Shown piece after piece: positions 1-19,249 of a stretch of 64,000 nucleotides of DNA. The position numbers were made by a program, and so were the translations under genes. Source of the DNA: Pseudomonadales bacterium. GTDB taxonomy: Bacteria; Pseudomonadota; Gammaproteobacteria; Pseudomonadales; Azotimanducaceae. Under the pieces are notes generated by a model. It was not told the origin of the DNA, did not search any database, and saw only the letters and a program-made list of their open reading frames with translations. The stretch covers positions 28-64,027 of the forward strand of contig JAHCAL010000009.1 in NCBI GenBank assembly GCA_019634925.1. Direction: 5' to 3'. The stretch's first letter is position 1. Every line of letters starts with the position of its first letter.

Positions 1-889
<889 letters not shown>

Positions 890-1090
890 ATAACCGAGCG
901 CGCAAATCGCACTCGCGCCACTCGTTGGCGCGCAGCAGCGGTCGTGTCCGGACGGTAAGCGCGACGGACCTGCATTGCAGGTCGATCGTCGACCGAAGAC
1001 GCATCTGACTTCGTATCTCTGGATTTCCTTCAGGACGCGTGTGGCGGTGCCGCACGTTGCGACGGAACACTCGCTTTGCGAGTACCGGTT

Positions 1091-1209
1091 TGCCTGACGA
1101 CAATAGCGAGCTGGAACCACCTGATCCCATCCCGAACTCAGTAGTGAAACGGCTCAGCGCCGATGGTAGTGTGGGGTTTCCCCATGTGAGAGTAGGTCAT
1201 CGTCAGGCT
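1091..1209 (+). rRNA. rrf: 5S rRNA
   Basis: TGCCTGACGACAATAGCG...CCGAACTCAGTAGTGAAAC...GCGCCGATGGTAGTGTGGGG...GAGAGTAGGTCATCGTCAGGC is colinear with E. coli 5S. The terminal helix TGCCTGACGA / TCGTCAGGC pairs. Confidence 0.93.
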
Positions 1210-1216
1210 TCTATTG

Positions 1217-1247
1217 AAAAGCCCGGCCCTGTGCCGGGCTTTTTTTT
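1217..1247 (+). terminator. rho-independent terminator of the rrn operon
   Basis: Stem GCCCGGC (1221-1227) / GCCGGGC (1233-1239), loop CCTGT, followed by 8 T (1240-1247) and preceded by AAAA. Confidence 0.85.
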
Positions 1248-1347
1248 GTCCGCGCGAGCGGGTGGGCCAGCGGAGCATGCGAAGCATGTTGCCCGTCATC
1301 ACGGCCGCCTCTAACCTTGCGCACATCGGGCATGCTTTGGGCATCCT

Positions 1348-2829
1348 TTGGTGAAGAGAGAGCGCATGCGGGCAGATTCAGTCCATCAACTCGGTCGTTG
1401 CATGGTTGCAGTTGCCACGCTCGCTCTTGCCGGTGTCGCCGGATGCACGGGGACCGCGCCCCGCGAAATCGACGAGGCCGCGGTCAACGCGCTCTACGTC
1501 TCGATGGACGCAGCCGTGGGGCGCTACCAGGCGGGGCTTCATGCGATGCGGGATGGCGATCTGGACGCGGCGCGCGGGCTCATGGCGTCGGCCACCGAAG
1601 AACTCGTCTCGGGCGCTACCGCATGTGCCGCGATGGCCGGTTGCGAAACGCCCAGATTCATGGCGGCCTACGATACGCTGCTGTCATTGCGCAGCGATGT
1701 TCTGACCGGCGCTGCGGATGGTCTCATTGCCGACGTGCCAGCCAACGAAGGCACGTCGCCGATGCTCTCGCAGCTTCCGGAAGCGGGTCGCTCCATGAAC
1801 CTGCTCAATGGGCGTGAACTCGCAAATCTCATCGAAGTGAACGGACCGGTCAAGGCAGCCCTGCACGACTGGCTGACCTGGATGCGTCCGCAGCTGATCG
1901 ACTCCTACGAGAACTACCAGGTGATGCGACACCTGATGTGGCCCGCGTACGAAGAAGCGGGTCTGCCCGAAGCGTTGCTGTTCGGGATCCTCGCCAAGGA
2001 ATCCGGCGGACGCGTGCATGCCACTTCGCACGCCGGCGCGGCGGGGCCCTTCCAGTTCATGTACCACACCGGTCTGCGGTTCGGTCTGGGGCGCGAGAAC
2101 GGCTTCGACAAACGCTTTGACCCGGCCGCCGCGGCGCGCGCGAACGTCGCCTACCTGAACGAGCAGTTCCGGGTCCTGAACAACGATCTTGAACTCGTGC
2201 TCGCTGCCTACAACGGCGGCGAGGGCCGGATGCGACGCCTCTATGACCGATCGCGCGGGAAACGCTTCTGGTCCGCGGACATCATCGGCCAACTGCCTCG
2301 GGAGACCCAGGAGTACGTGCCCTATGTACTTGCGGCGGCCTGGTTGTTCCTGCATCCGGGCGAGCACGGGGTGGAGTTCCCGTCGATCGACAGCGCGCCG
2401 GGCGAAGTCCGGCTTGCCAATCCGATGACGCTGAGCGAACTGGCGATCTGCATCGGACAGGCGGGCAGTCGGAACGGTTGGTTCAGGGCGCTGCGCAATC
2501 TCAATCCGAGTATGGACCCGAATGCGCGGCTGGCTGCGGACACGCGCGTGTTTATCCCGGCGGGTCTGGTCGGCGCATACGAAGCACAGTGCCGGGAAGG
2601 CCCACGGGTGGATCTCGCCGCGGCACTCCAGGCGGCGCGTCAGCCCGGCGGCGTCGCGCGGGCCTCCGGTCGGCCGTATGTCGTCAAGAAGGGCGACACG
2701 CTCGCGAGCATCTCGCGTCGATTTCGTTGTGAGGGCCCCGAGGCGATTGCCCGGGCAAACCGGATCGCGGCGCCCCGCTATCTGATCCGGCCGCAGCAGG
2801 AACTGCTGCTGGTCGGCTGTGCCGGCTGA
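1348..2829 (+). CDS. membrane-bound lytic murein transglycosylase, MltD-like (SLT domain plus C-terminal LysM), probable lipoprotein
   Basis: 493-aa ORF with lipobox LALAGVAG-C. SLT block GILAKESGGRVHATSHAGAAGPFQFMYHTG and AYNGGEGR; LysM-like YVVKKGDTLASISRRF near the C-terminus. Start uncertain (TTG 1348 or ATG 1366). Confidence 0.85.
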   Translation: MVKRERMRADSVHQLGRCMVAVATLALAGVAGCTGTAPREIDEAAVNALYVSMDAAVGRYQAGLHAMRDGDLDAARGLMASATEELVSGATACAAMAGCETPRFMAAYDTLLSLRSDVLTGAADGLIADVPANEGTSPMLSQLPEAGRSMNLLNGRELANLIEVNGPVKAALHDWLTWMRPQLIDSYENYQVMRHLMWPAYEEAGLPEALLFGILAKESGGRVHATSHAGAAGPFQFMYHTGLRFGLGRENGFDKRFDPAAAARANVAYLNEQFRVLNNDLELVLAAYNGGEGRMRRLYDRSRGKRFWSADIIGQLPRETQEYVPYVLAAAWLFLHPGEHGVEFPSIDSAPGEVRLANPMTLSELAICIGQAGSRNGWFRALRNLNPSMDPNARLAADTRVFIPAGLVGAYEAQCREGPRVDLAAALQAARQPGGVARASGRPYVVKKGDTLASISRRFRCEGPEAIARANRIAAPRYLIRPQQELLLVGCAG

Positions 2830-3823
2830 GTGCGAGCCCCTGGCTCGTCAGTCGCGCGAACGAGTCCTGCGAATGCCTGACGGGGACCGCCTCGACGAGA
2901 TGGCAAATCGCCTGGTGCCGGTACTCCTGCGCGGAGAGCCGGTTCCGATCGCCGACTGGTCGTTGTCCGAGATCGAAGCAGAACGGCTCGGCCTCGTCAG
3001 AAGCGCGGCGGAATTCCGGCTCCCTGCCGAGGTCGATCTGCTCGATGGTGACGCCATCCGCGCGGCGCTCGATCCGGCCGCGGCGCGTTGGCTGCGCAAG
3101 CTGGAAGTCTGGCCGGTGATCGGTTCGACCAATACCGAACTGGCCAGCCGTGCACAAGCCGGTGCGATCGAGGGCGAAGCCTGCCTTGCGGAACTGCAGA
3201 CACATGGTCGGGGGCGCCGCGGACGCACCTGGTTCAGTCCGCTCGGCGGCAATCTGGCGATTTCACTCGGATTCGAAAGCACGCGATCGGTGGCGGATCT
3301 TGGGGGGCTCAGCCTGGTGGTCGGGCTCGCCGTCCTGGATGCGCTGGAGGCCGAAGGTGTTTCCGGCCTCGCACTCAAGTGGCCAAATGACATCCTCCGG
3401 GACGGCGCCAAGCTGGGCGGGATTCTGATCGAGGTGGTCCAGGTTCGTGGGCAGATCTCGGTGATCGTCGGCGTCGGCCTCAATATCCGTCTGCCGGACC
3501 GGATCCGCGCCGACGTCCCGCAGCCACTGGCAGACCTGGCTGGCGCCAGCCCGCGCGCGGTTTCGAGGTCCCGGCTGGCGGGGGGGCTGATCAGCAGCAT
3601 CGTCGACTTCTATCGCGGTTTCATGGAACGGGGATTCGCGCCGTTCGTGGCGGTGTTCGATCGGCGGCACGCGTTTCACGGTGCGGAAGTCAACGTCCTG
3701 CAGGGTGAGGCGCGGACAACCGGTCGCGTCAGGGGCGTTGCGCCGGACGGGGGGCTGCTGCTCGAAACCGGGGCGGGTCCGGTGGTGGTGCACGCCGGGG
3801 ATGTCTCGCTCCGCCCGGCCTGA
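2819..3823 (+). CDS. birA: biotin-[acetyl-CoA-carboxylase] ligase BirA
   Basis: GRGRRGRTWFSPLGGNLAISL (BirA GRGRxGRxW biotin-binding loop), KWPNDIL, GGILIE. Start uncertain (GTG 2819, ATG 2873 or ATG 2900). Confidence 0.85.
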   Translation: MPAECEPLARQSRERVLRMPDGDRLDEMANRLVPVLLRGEPVPIADWSLSEIEAERLGLVRSAAEFRLPAEVDLLDGDAIRAALDPAAARWLRKLEVWPVIGSTNTELASRAQAGAIEGEACLAELQTHGRGRRGRTWFSPLGGNLAISLGFESTRSVADLGGLSLVVGLAVLDALEAEGVSGLALKWPNDILRDGAKLGGILIEVVQVRGQISVIVGVGLNIRLPDRIRADVPQPLADLAGASPRAVSRSRLAGGLISSIVDFYRGFMERGFAPFVAVFDRRHAFHGAEVNVLQGEARTTGRVRGVAPDGGLLLETGAGPVVVHAGDVSLRPA

Positions 3824-3896
3824 TCGGACGCCAGCACGACCCGAGCGAACGATTGCGTCACCGAATGGCATTCTATAGAATCCGGCTCCCGTTTTG

Positions 3897-3972
3897 GCCG
3901 CCATAGCTCAGCTGGTAGAGCAGCTCACTTGTAATGAGAAGGTCCAGGGTTCAATTCCTTGTGGCGGCACCA
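3897..3972 (+). tRNA. tRNA-Thr (anticodon UGU)
   Basis: Acceptor stem GCCGCCA/TGGCGGC plus ACCA; D-arm AGCTCAGCTGGTAGAGC; anticodon loop CTTGTAA; T-arm GGTTCAATCC. Confidence 0.93.
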
Positions 3973-4094
3973 GCGTGAAGGCGGAGTTCGAGCGGATCGG
4001 TAGATCGGAACACAGAGCAGTACAGGGATGAGCATGAAGCCACGGCACGCACCGGACGCAAGACGGGTGCGCGGGGCTTCGTTTACGTTTCTCC

Positions 4095-4181
<87 letters not shown>

Positions 4182-4261
4182 TGGGTCATGCAGTTAGTAC
4201 AGGAAGCGGATCAGGAAGCAGGTAGCGAGACACGCGGGTATAGTCGGGCCGGTATAGCCAG

Positions 4262-4335
<74 letters not shown>

Positions 4336-4444
4336 GACCGCTTGCCGAAGCGCCCGGTCGTCGGGCGTTCGTTGAGGTACCGTCGGAATTGGGAGGGTCG
4401 GGGCGCCCTGACAGAATGCCCCGAGCCAGTGAGGCTGGCCGAAC

Positions 4445-4520
<76 letters not shown>

Positions 4521-4643
4521 GAATTCGAATTTGCGGTGGCGCGCAGGCTGCCATCCGATGCGCCAGATGGCGAACGACGGAGCGCCGGACTACCGGAGCG
4601 CTGGATCGAAAGAGTGATCGAAGGTCGAGACTGAGGAAACAGC

Positions 4644-5834
4644 ATGTCCAAAGCCAAGTTTGAGCGTAAGAAGCCGCACGTGAACGTAGGGACGATTGGT
4701 CACGTCGACCATGGTAAGACGACGCTGACGGCGGCGCTGACGAAGGTGTGTGCGGATCTTTACGGTGGAGAGGCGACGGCGTTCGACCAGATCGACAAGG
4801 CGCCTGAGGAGCGGGAGCGCGGGATCACGATTTCGACGGCGCACGTTGAATACGAGAGCCCGAACCGTCACTACGCGCACGTTGACTGCCCTGGGCATGC
4901 GGACTACGTGAAGAACATGATCACGGGTGCGGCGCAGATGGACGGTGCGATTCTGGTGGTGTCGGCGGCCGACGGCCCGATGCCGCAGACGCGGGAACAC
5001 ATTCTGCTGTCGCGGCAGGTGGGTGTACCGAAGATCGTGGTATTCATGAACAAGGCGGACATGGTGGATGACGCCGAGTTGCTGGAACTGGTCGAGATGG
5101 AAGTTCGAGAGCTTCTGGACCAGTACGATTTTCCGGGAGACGACACGCCGATCATCATTGGCAGCGCGCTGAAGGCTCTGGAAGGTGATCAGGGCGAGGT
5201 TGGCATTGAGTCGGTGAAGAAGCTGGTAGCGGCGCTGGACGAGTACATTCCGCAGCCGGAGCGTGCGATCGACCTGCCGTTCCTGATGCCGATCGAGGAC
5301 GTGTTCTCGATTGCGGGCCGGGGCACGGTGGTGACGGGTCGAGTCGAGCGCGGGATCGTGAAGGTCGGCGACGAGATCGAGATCGTTGGTCTGAAGGATA
5401 CGACGAAGACGACGTGTACGGGCGTGGAGATGTTCCGCAAGTTGCTGGACGAAGGTCGGGCGGGCGAAAACATCGGCGTGCTGCTGCGCGGTACGAAGCG
5501 TGACGAGGTTGAGCGCGGCCAGGTGCTGTCGAAGCCTGGTGCGATCACGCCGCACACGCGTTTCGAGGCAGAGGTCTACGTACTGTCGAAGGAAGAGGGC
5601 GGCCGGCATACGCCGTTCTTCAAGGGCTACCGTCCGCAGTTCTACTTCCGTACGACGGACGTGACGGGGACGGTGGAACTGCCGGAAGGTGTCGAGATGG
5701 TGATGCCGGGCGACAACGTCAACATGGTGGTGACGCTGATCAATCCGATTGCGATGGATGACGGTCTGCGGTTCGCGATCCGTGAAGGCGGCCGTACCGT
5801 CGGCGCCGGCGTCGTCACCAAGGTCATCGAATAA
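4644..5834 (+). CDS. tuf: elongation factor Tu (copy 1, tufB-like position)
   Basis: 396 aa with [18 protein letters not shown] and NKADMV GTPase motifs; full-length EF-Tu. Confidence 0.98.
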   Translation: MSKAKFERKKPHVNVGTIGHVDHGKTTLTAALTKVCADLYGGEATAFDQIDKAPEERERGITISTAHVEYESPNRHYAHVDCPGHADYVKNMITGAAQMDGAILVVSAADGPMPQTREHILLSRQVGVPKIVVFMNKADMVDDAELLELVEMEVRELLDQYDFPGDDTPIIIGSALKALEGDQGEVGIESVKKLVAALDEYIPQPERAIDLPFLMPIEDVFSIAGRGTVVTGRVERGIVKVGDEIEIVGLKDTTKTTCTGVEMFRKLLDEGRAGENIGVLLRGTKRDEVERGQVLSKPGAITPHTRFEAEVYVLSKEEGGRHTPFFKGYRPQFYFRTTDVTGTVELPEGVEMVMPGDNVNMVVTLINPIAMDDGLRFAIREGGRTVGAGVVTKVIE

Positions 5835-5939
5835 CCGGCAGAAGGGCCAGGACCATGTTCCGGGGGCTGTGGCCCTGGGCGTTGCCTGGTCCGGGAAGCT
5901 GGCGGGATCCTGTGACCGCCAGCGCTGAGATCCGAGTTT

Positions 5940-6015
5940 AGGCCAGTAGCTCAATTGGTAGAGCAGCGGTCTCCAAAACCGCAGGTTGGGGGTTCGATTC
6001 CCTCCTGGCCTGCCA
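5940..6015 (+). tRNA. tRNA-Trp (anticodon CCA)
   Basis: AGGCCAG...CTGGCCTGCCA acceptor; anticodon stem-loop GCGGT-CTCCAAA-ACCGC; T-arm GGTTCGATTCC. Confidence 0.93.
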
Positions 6016-6035
6016 CATGAGCAGGAAGACGCATC

Positions 6036-6407
6036 TTGAGCACGGGTTCGGAAGCAGCGGCACAGTCGCCGCTCGATTGGCTGAAATGGCTGGTGGTGGT
6101 CGTACTGGTCTCCGCCGGTGTGTTCGGGAACTGGTATTTCCAGGACCAGGCGTTGCTGTACCGGGTGCTCGCCCTGCTCGCCCTGGCCGGTCTGGCTGCA
6201 TTCGTCGCAGGCCAGACTGATCGGGGCCGCGCTGCCTGGCACCTGATGAAGGATGCGCGCAACGAGATTCGTCGCGTGGTGTGGCCGAAACGGCCGGAGA
6301 CCGTCCAGACGACCGGGATCGTACTCGTGCTCGTCGTCGTGTTCGGGTTGATTCTCTGGTTGCTCGACTCCGGCCTCAGCTGGATCGTTTCCTCTGTAAT
6401 TGGGTAG
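6036..6407 (+). CDS. secE: preprotein translocase subunit SecE
   Basis: 123 aa with three hydrophobic segments. Conserved C-terminal block EIRRVVWPKRPETVQTTGIVLVLVVVFGLILWLLD; conserved tRNA-Trp-secE-nusG context. Confidence 0.9.
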   Translation: MSTGSEAAAQSPLDWLKWLVVVVLVSAGVFGNWYFQDQALLYRVLALLALAGLAAFVAGQTDRGRAAWHLMKDARNEIRRVVWPKRPETVQTTGIVLVLVVVFGLILWLLDSGLSWIVSSVIG

Positions 6408-6416
6408 CCGCTGACA

Positions 6417-6950
6417 ATGTCCAAGAAGTGGTACGTCGTGCACGCGTATTCCGGGTTCGAGAAGAACGTGGCGCGGTCCCTGCGCGAGCGCGTGACGCTG
6501 TCGCGCCTGGAAGATTATTTCGGCGAGATCCTGGTTCCGGCCGAGGAAGTCGTGGAAATGCGCGGCGGCCAGAAGCGGCGCAGCGAGCGCAAGTTCTTTC
6601 CGGGTTACGTGCTGGTGCATATGGAATTGAACGATGACACCTGGCACCTGGTGAAGGAAACGCCGCGCGTGCTCGGTTTCATCGGCGGCAAGGCCGATCA
6701 GCCAGCGCCGCTGTCCGAAGCGGAAGCCAACGCGATCCTCGACCGGGTCGCTGCGGGTAGCGAGAAGGCCACGCCAAAGACCATTTTCGAGCCGGGCGAG
6801 GTCGTGCGAGTCGTCGATGGCCCGTTCAATGACTTCAACGGAGTCGTCGAGCAGGTCAATTACGAGAAGAACCGGTTGCAGGTCGCGGTCACGATTTTCG
6901 GTCGGTCGACGCCGGTGGAACTCGACTTCAGCCAGGTCGAAAAGGGCTGA
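6417..6950 (+). CDS. nusG: transcription termination/antitermination factor NusG
   Basis: 177 aa; NGN start [18 protein letters not shown]; KOW motif [21 protein letters not shown]. Confidence 0.96.
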   Translation: MSKKWYVVHAYSGFEKNVARSLRERVTLSRLEDYFGEILVPAEEVVEMRGGQKRRSERKFFPGYVLVHMELNDDTWHLVKETPRVLGFIGGKADQPAPLSEAEANAILDRVAAGSEKATPKTIFEPGEVVRVVDGPFNDFNGVVEQVNYEKNRLQVAVTIFGRSTPVELDFSQVEKG

Positions 6951-7130
6951 ACACGGCGGACCAGGACTGCGACAACAGAGCGGCCGGCTGCATCCGGTCT
7001 GCCCGCACGATCTGCTCGTGGAAACACGGGTTGGGATCGGGCGGCCAGCGCGGATTGTGATCCGGCTGATCGTCAACGGGGAGTGGCGCTGCGCCGAGCG
7101 GGCCACGCTTGTACCCATCAGGAGTGATCG

Positions 7131-7561
7131 ATGGCAAAGAAAGTAAACGCCTACGTCAAGCTGCAGGTCGCAGCGGCAAAGGCCAATCCGAGTCCGCCGG
7201 TCGGCCCCGCGCTGGGTCAGCACGGCGTGAACATCATGGACTTCTGCAAGCAGTTCAATGCGCAGACCCAGCATCTGGAGCCCGGTCTGCCGATCCCGGT
7301 CGTGATCACCGTGTATTCGGATCGCAGCTTCACGTTCATCATGAAGACGCCGCCGGCGTCGGTGCTGCTGCGCAAGGCAGCGAAGATCGACAAGGGCAGC
7401 AGCGTACCCAACAAGAACAAGGTCGCAAGCCTCACCCGGGATCAGATCGAGGAGATCGCCCGGATCAAGATGCCTGACCTCACCGCAGCGGACATGGATG
7501 CGGCGGTGCGTACCATCGCAGGAACCGCGCGCAGCTCGGGCATCGACGTGGAGGGCTTGTA

Positions 7562-7562
<1 letters not shown>
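7131..7562 (+). CDS. rplK: 50S ribosomal protein L11
   Basis: 143 aa; [22 protein letters not shown]. Confidence 0.97.
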
Positions 7563-8257
<695 letters not shown>

Positions 8258-8265
8258 GTCGAGCT

Positions 8266-8346
8266 GGCCGCTTCGGCGGCCGATGGTTTGCCCGGCCGCT
8301 TCAGCGGCCGATGGTTTGCCCGGCCGCTTCAGCGGCCGATGGTTTG
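8266..8346 (+). repeat. tandem 28-bp repeat (about 2.9 copies), each unit a GGCCGC-TTCR-GCGGCC hairpin, in the rplA-rplJ spacer
   Basis: Units at 8266-8293, 8294-8321 and 8322-~8346: GGCCGCTTC(G/A)GCGGCCGATGGTTTGCCC. A further hairpin GCCCGACC-TC-GGTCGGGC follows at ~8355-8372. Confidence 0.85.
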
Positions 8347-8557
8347 AAGGTCCACGCCCGACCTCGGTCGGGCGGAAGCCGTCAAAAACCGTAGGTGAAG
8401 GATTCGATGGGCCCGACCGGGCCATATCCAGTCCGACTTAATTTCCTACGTAGACGGTAGAACCTGGTGAAGCGTCAGACGACCTTGGTGTCGTATGCGC
8501 TCGGGTTCGCCGTGAATTGCGGTAGCAGTGGATATCGGCGATATCCGAGGAGAAACG

Positions 8558-9088
8558 ATGGCAATGAAGCTTGAACAGAAGCAGGAAATCGTTGCTGAAG
8601 TCAATCAGGCCGCTTCCAGGGCGTTGTCCGCGGTAGTCAGCGACTATCGCGGCTTGACTGTCGGTCAGATGACGGAAATGCGTGCGAAAGCGCGTCAATC
8701 CGGCGTCTACCTGCGGGTCATGCGCAACACCCTGGCCCGTCGCGCGGTAGCCGGCACCGAATTCGAGTGCATGGTCGACGCGTTGGTCGGGCCGACCTTG
8801 CTGGCATTCTCGAACGAGGATCCCGGCGCGGCTGCCAGGCTGCTGAAGGATTACGCCAAGCAGTACGAGGCCCTGAACATCAAGGCCTTGGCCGTTGGCG
8901 GCCGGATGTATGGCCCGGAAGAGATCGACCGGCTGGCGAAACTGCCGACCCGGGACGAAGCGATTGCCCTGCTCATGTCCGTGATGCTGGCGCCCGTGGC
9001 CAAGCTTGCGCGCACCCTGAACGAGGTGCCCGGCAAGCTGGTTCGCACGATCGCCGCGATCAAGGAACAGAAGCAGGCAGCCGCCTGA
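8558..9088 (+). CDS. rplJ: 50S ribosomal protein L10
   Basis: In-frame ATG 8558 preceded by [22 protein letters not shown] is a typical L10 N-terminus. The track ORF starts 30 nt upstream at 8528. Confidence 0.95.
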   Translation: MAMKLEQKQEIVAEVNQAASRALSAVVSDYRGLTVGQMTEMRAKARQSGVYLRVMRNTLARRAVAGTEFECMVDALVGPTLLAFSNEDPGAAARLLKDYAKQYEALNIKALAVGGRMYGPEEIDRLAKLPTRDEAIALLMSVMLAPVAKLARTLNEVPGKLVRTIAAIKEQKQAAA

Positions 9089-9139
9089 CGATTGACTCGT
9101 TTGCATACGACACGATTAGCAACCAGGAGTTAGATAGAA

Positions 9140-9523
9140 ATGGCACTTTCCAAGGAAGATATCCTCAACGCCATTGCCGAGATGAGCGTGATGGACGTGG
9201 TCGATCTCATTGCGGCCATGGAAGAGAAGTTCGGCGTGACGGCAGCGGCGGCAGTTGCGGTTGCTCCGGCGGCAGGCGGCGGCGACGCCGGTGCGGCCGC
9301 GGCCGAGGAGAAGGACGAGTTCAACGTCGTCCTCGCGAGCTCGGGCGAGAAGAAGGTCAATGTGATCAAGGTCGTGCGAGAGCTCACCGGGCTCGGACTC
9401 AAGGAAGCCAAGGCGATGGTCGACGAGGCACCTTCCACCGTGAAGGAAGGGGTGAGCAAGGCCGAAGCCGAAGAAGTGAAGAAGAAGCTGGAAGAAGCCG
9501 GCGCAACTGTTGAGCTCAAGTAA
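9140..9523 (+). CDS. rplL: 50S ribosomal protein L7/L12
   Basis: 127 aa with an Ala-rich hinge; C-terminal domain [24 protein letters not shown]...ATVELK. Confidence 0.98.
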   Translation: MALSKEDILNAIAEMSVMDVVDLIAAMEEKFGVTAAAAVAVAPAAGGGDAGAAAAEEKDEFNVVLASSGEKKVNVIKVVRELTGLGLKEAKAMVDEAPSTVKEGVSKAEAEEVKKKLEEAGATVELK

Positions 9524-9545
9524 TCAGGCTCAACGGCTGCAGGAC

Positions 9546-9572
9546 GGGCGGGACACACGTGCTGTGTCCCGC
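9546..9572 (+). terminator. hairpin in the rplL-rpoB spacer (candidate partial terminator/attenuator)
   Basis: GGGCGGGACACA-CGTGC-TGTGTCCCGCC stem-loop followed by TGTCGTCATT (weak U tract). E. coli has an attenuator at the same position. Confidence 0.55.
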
Positions 9573-9644
9573 CTGTCGTCATTGGGGGAGCCCACAAACT
9601 CGACAGTATCAGGCCAAGCAAGCTAGCCAGATCGGGAGAAACTA

Positions 9645-13718
<4,074 letters not shown>

Positions 13719-13761
13719 TCGACGTACGCATGCGCCTGCACAGCAGCGTGGAGGATAGAAC

Positions 13762-17997
<4,236 letters not shown>

Positions 17998-18029
17998 GGC
18001 AGAACGCGACGCCTTGGCGTTGCTTCCGG

Positions 18030-18059
18030 GCAGGCGCGCGATTAGAATCGCGCGCCTGC
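18030..18059 (+). terminator. GC-rich hairpin after rpoC (candidate terminator, no U tract)
   Basis: GCAGGCGCGCGATT / AATCGCGCGCCTGC form a near-perfect 14-nt inverted repeat 33 nt after the rpoC stop. Confidence 0.4.
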
Positions 18060-18164
18060 TGAAGCAGGCCGGTCCGGCGAGGACACTGGCCGTGCGGAAA
18101 TCCGTTCGGGCCGGCAGCCGAAATGGCTCCGGACGCTCGGAGTGAAGAAAGAACTGGAGTAGGT

Positions 18165-18536
18165 ATGGCGAGAATCAGCCAACTGGTACGGAAGCCGCGC
18201 AAGCGCAAGGTGGAAAAGAACATCGTGCCTGCCTTGCAGGGTTCGCCGCAGAAACGTGGGGTCTGCACGCGCGTCTACACGACCACCCCGAAAAAGCCGA
18301 ACTCCGCGCTGCGCAAGGTGTGCCGGGTGCGGCTGACCAACGGTTACGAGGTCACCTCGTACATCGGTGGTGAAGGGCACAACCTGCAGGAGCACTCGGT
18401 CGTACTCATCCGTGGTGGTCGGGTCAAGGACCTGCCGGGTGTGCGTTACCACACCGTTCGCGGGACCCTGGATACCTCCGGTGTTTCGGACCGGCGTCAG
18501 CGCCGCTCCAAGTACGGCGCCAAGCGGCCGAAGTGA
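18165..18536 (+). CDS. rpsL: 30S ribosomal protein S12
   Basis: ATG 18165 preceded by [19 protein letters not shown] and [18 protein letters not shown]; 123 aa. The track ORF starts 42 nt upstream. Confidence 0.97.
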   Translation: MARISQLVRKPRKRKVEKNIVPALQGSPQKRGVCTRVYTTTPKKPNSALRKVCRVRLTNGYEVTSYIGGEGHNLQEHSVVLIRGGRVKDLPGVRYHTVRGTLDTSGVSDRRQRRSKYGAKRPK

Positions 18537-18733
18537 TCGGCACGGGGGTGCACCCCGAGCCAACGCGCAGTCCGACAATCGAAACGAATCCAAGGCCAGT
18601 TACAGCCAGACATTCGAGCAATCATACATAACGGATCCGGGTCGACCCCGGATCTTCTCCAGTAAGGCCCCGTGCGCCGCATCCGACGGCGTTTCGATCG
18701 GGGGCACACCTGAAGCGAAGGAGCTCAGCAACC

Positions 18734-19204
18734 ATGCCAAGACGTCGTGTCGTCGCCAAGCGGGAAATTCTTCCCGATCCGAAGTATCACAATCAGACCG
18801 TTGCCAAGTTCATCAACCACGTGATGGAGAGCGGCAAGAAAGCCGTGGCCGAGCGCATCGTCTATGGCGCCCTCTCGCGCATCCAGGAGCGCGGCTCGGG
18901 CAATCCCGTCGAGGTCTTCGAAAAAGCGCTCGATGCGGTGGCGCCTTACGTGGAAGTCAAAGCCCGTCGAGTGGGCGGTGCGACCTACCAGGTTCCGGTC
19001 GAGGTGCGGCCGTCGCGCCGCCAGGCGCTGGCAATGCGCTGGCTGGTGGACAGCGCCCGCAAGCGGGGCGAGAAGTCCATGGCTGCCCGGCTCGCGGGCG
19101 AGTTCATGGATGCTGCGGAGGGCCGGGGATCTGCGGTCAAGAAGCGTGAGGACACGCATCGCATGGCCGAAGCCAACAAGGCGTTTTCTCACTACCGCTA
19201 CTGA
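18734..19204 (+). CDS. rpsG: 30S ribosomal protein S7
   Basis: 156 aa; [18 protein letters not shown]. Confidence 0.98.
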   Translation: MPRRRVVAKREILPDPKYHNQTVAKFINHVMESGKKAVAERIVYGALSRIQERGSGNPVEVFEKALDAVAPYVEVKARRVGGATYQVPVEVRPSRRQALAMRWLVDSARKRGEKSMAARLAGEFMDAAEGRGSAVKKREDTHRMAEANKAFSHYRY

Positions 19205-19249
19205 TCACCAACCGACGCCTCTAACTCGGCGCGCTGAACGGAGAGCACC

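Noticed and set aside
4590-7274. 894-aa minus-strand ORF spanning tuf, tRNA-Trp, secE, nusG and rplK.
   Set aside because: It is antisense to several unambiguous conserved genes and even crosses a tRNA. Its Arg/His/Leu-rich low-complexity translation is typical of stop-poor antisense frames in high-GC DNA.
8266-8346. Whether the 28-bp tandem repeats, or the heptamer tract at 62144-62248, could be a CRISPR array.
   Set aside because: The units are directly abutting with no unique spacers, and no cas genes are nearby.
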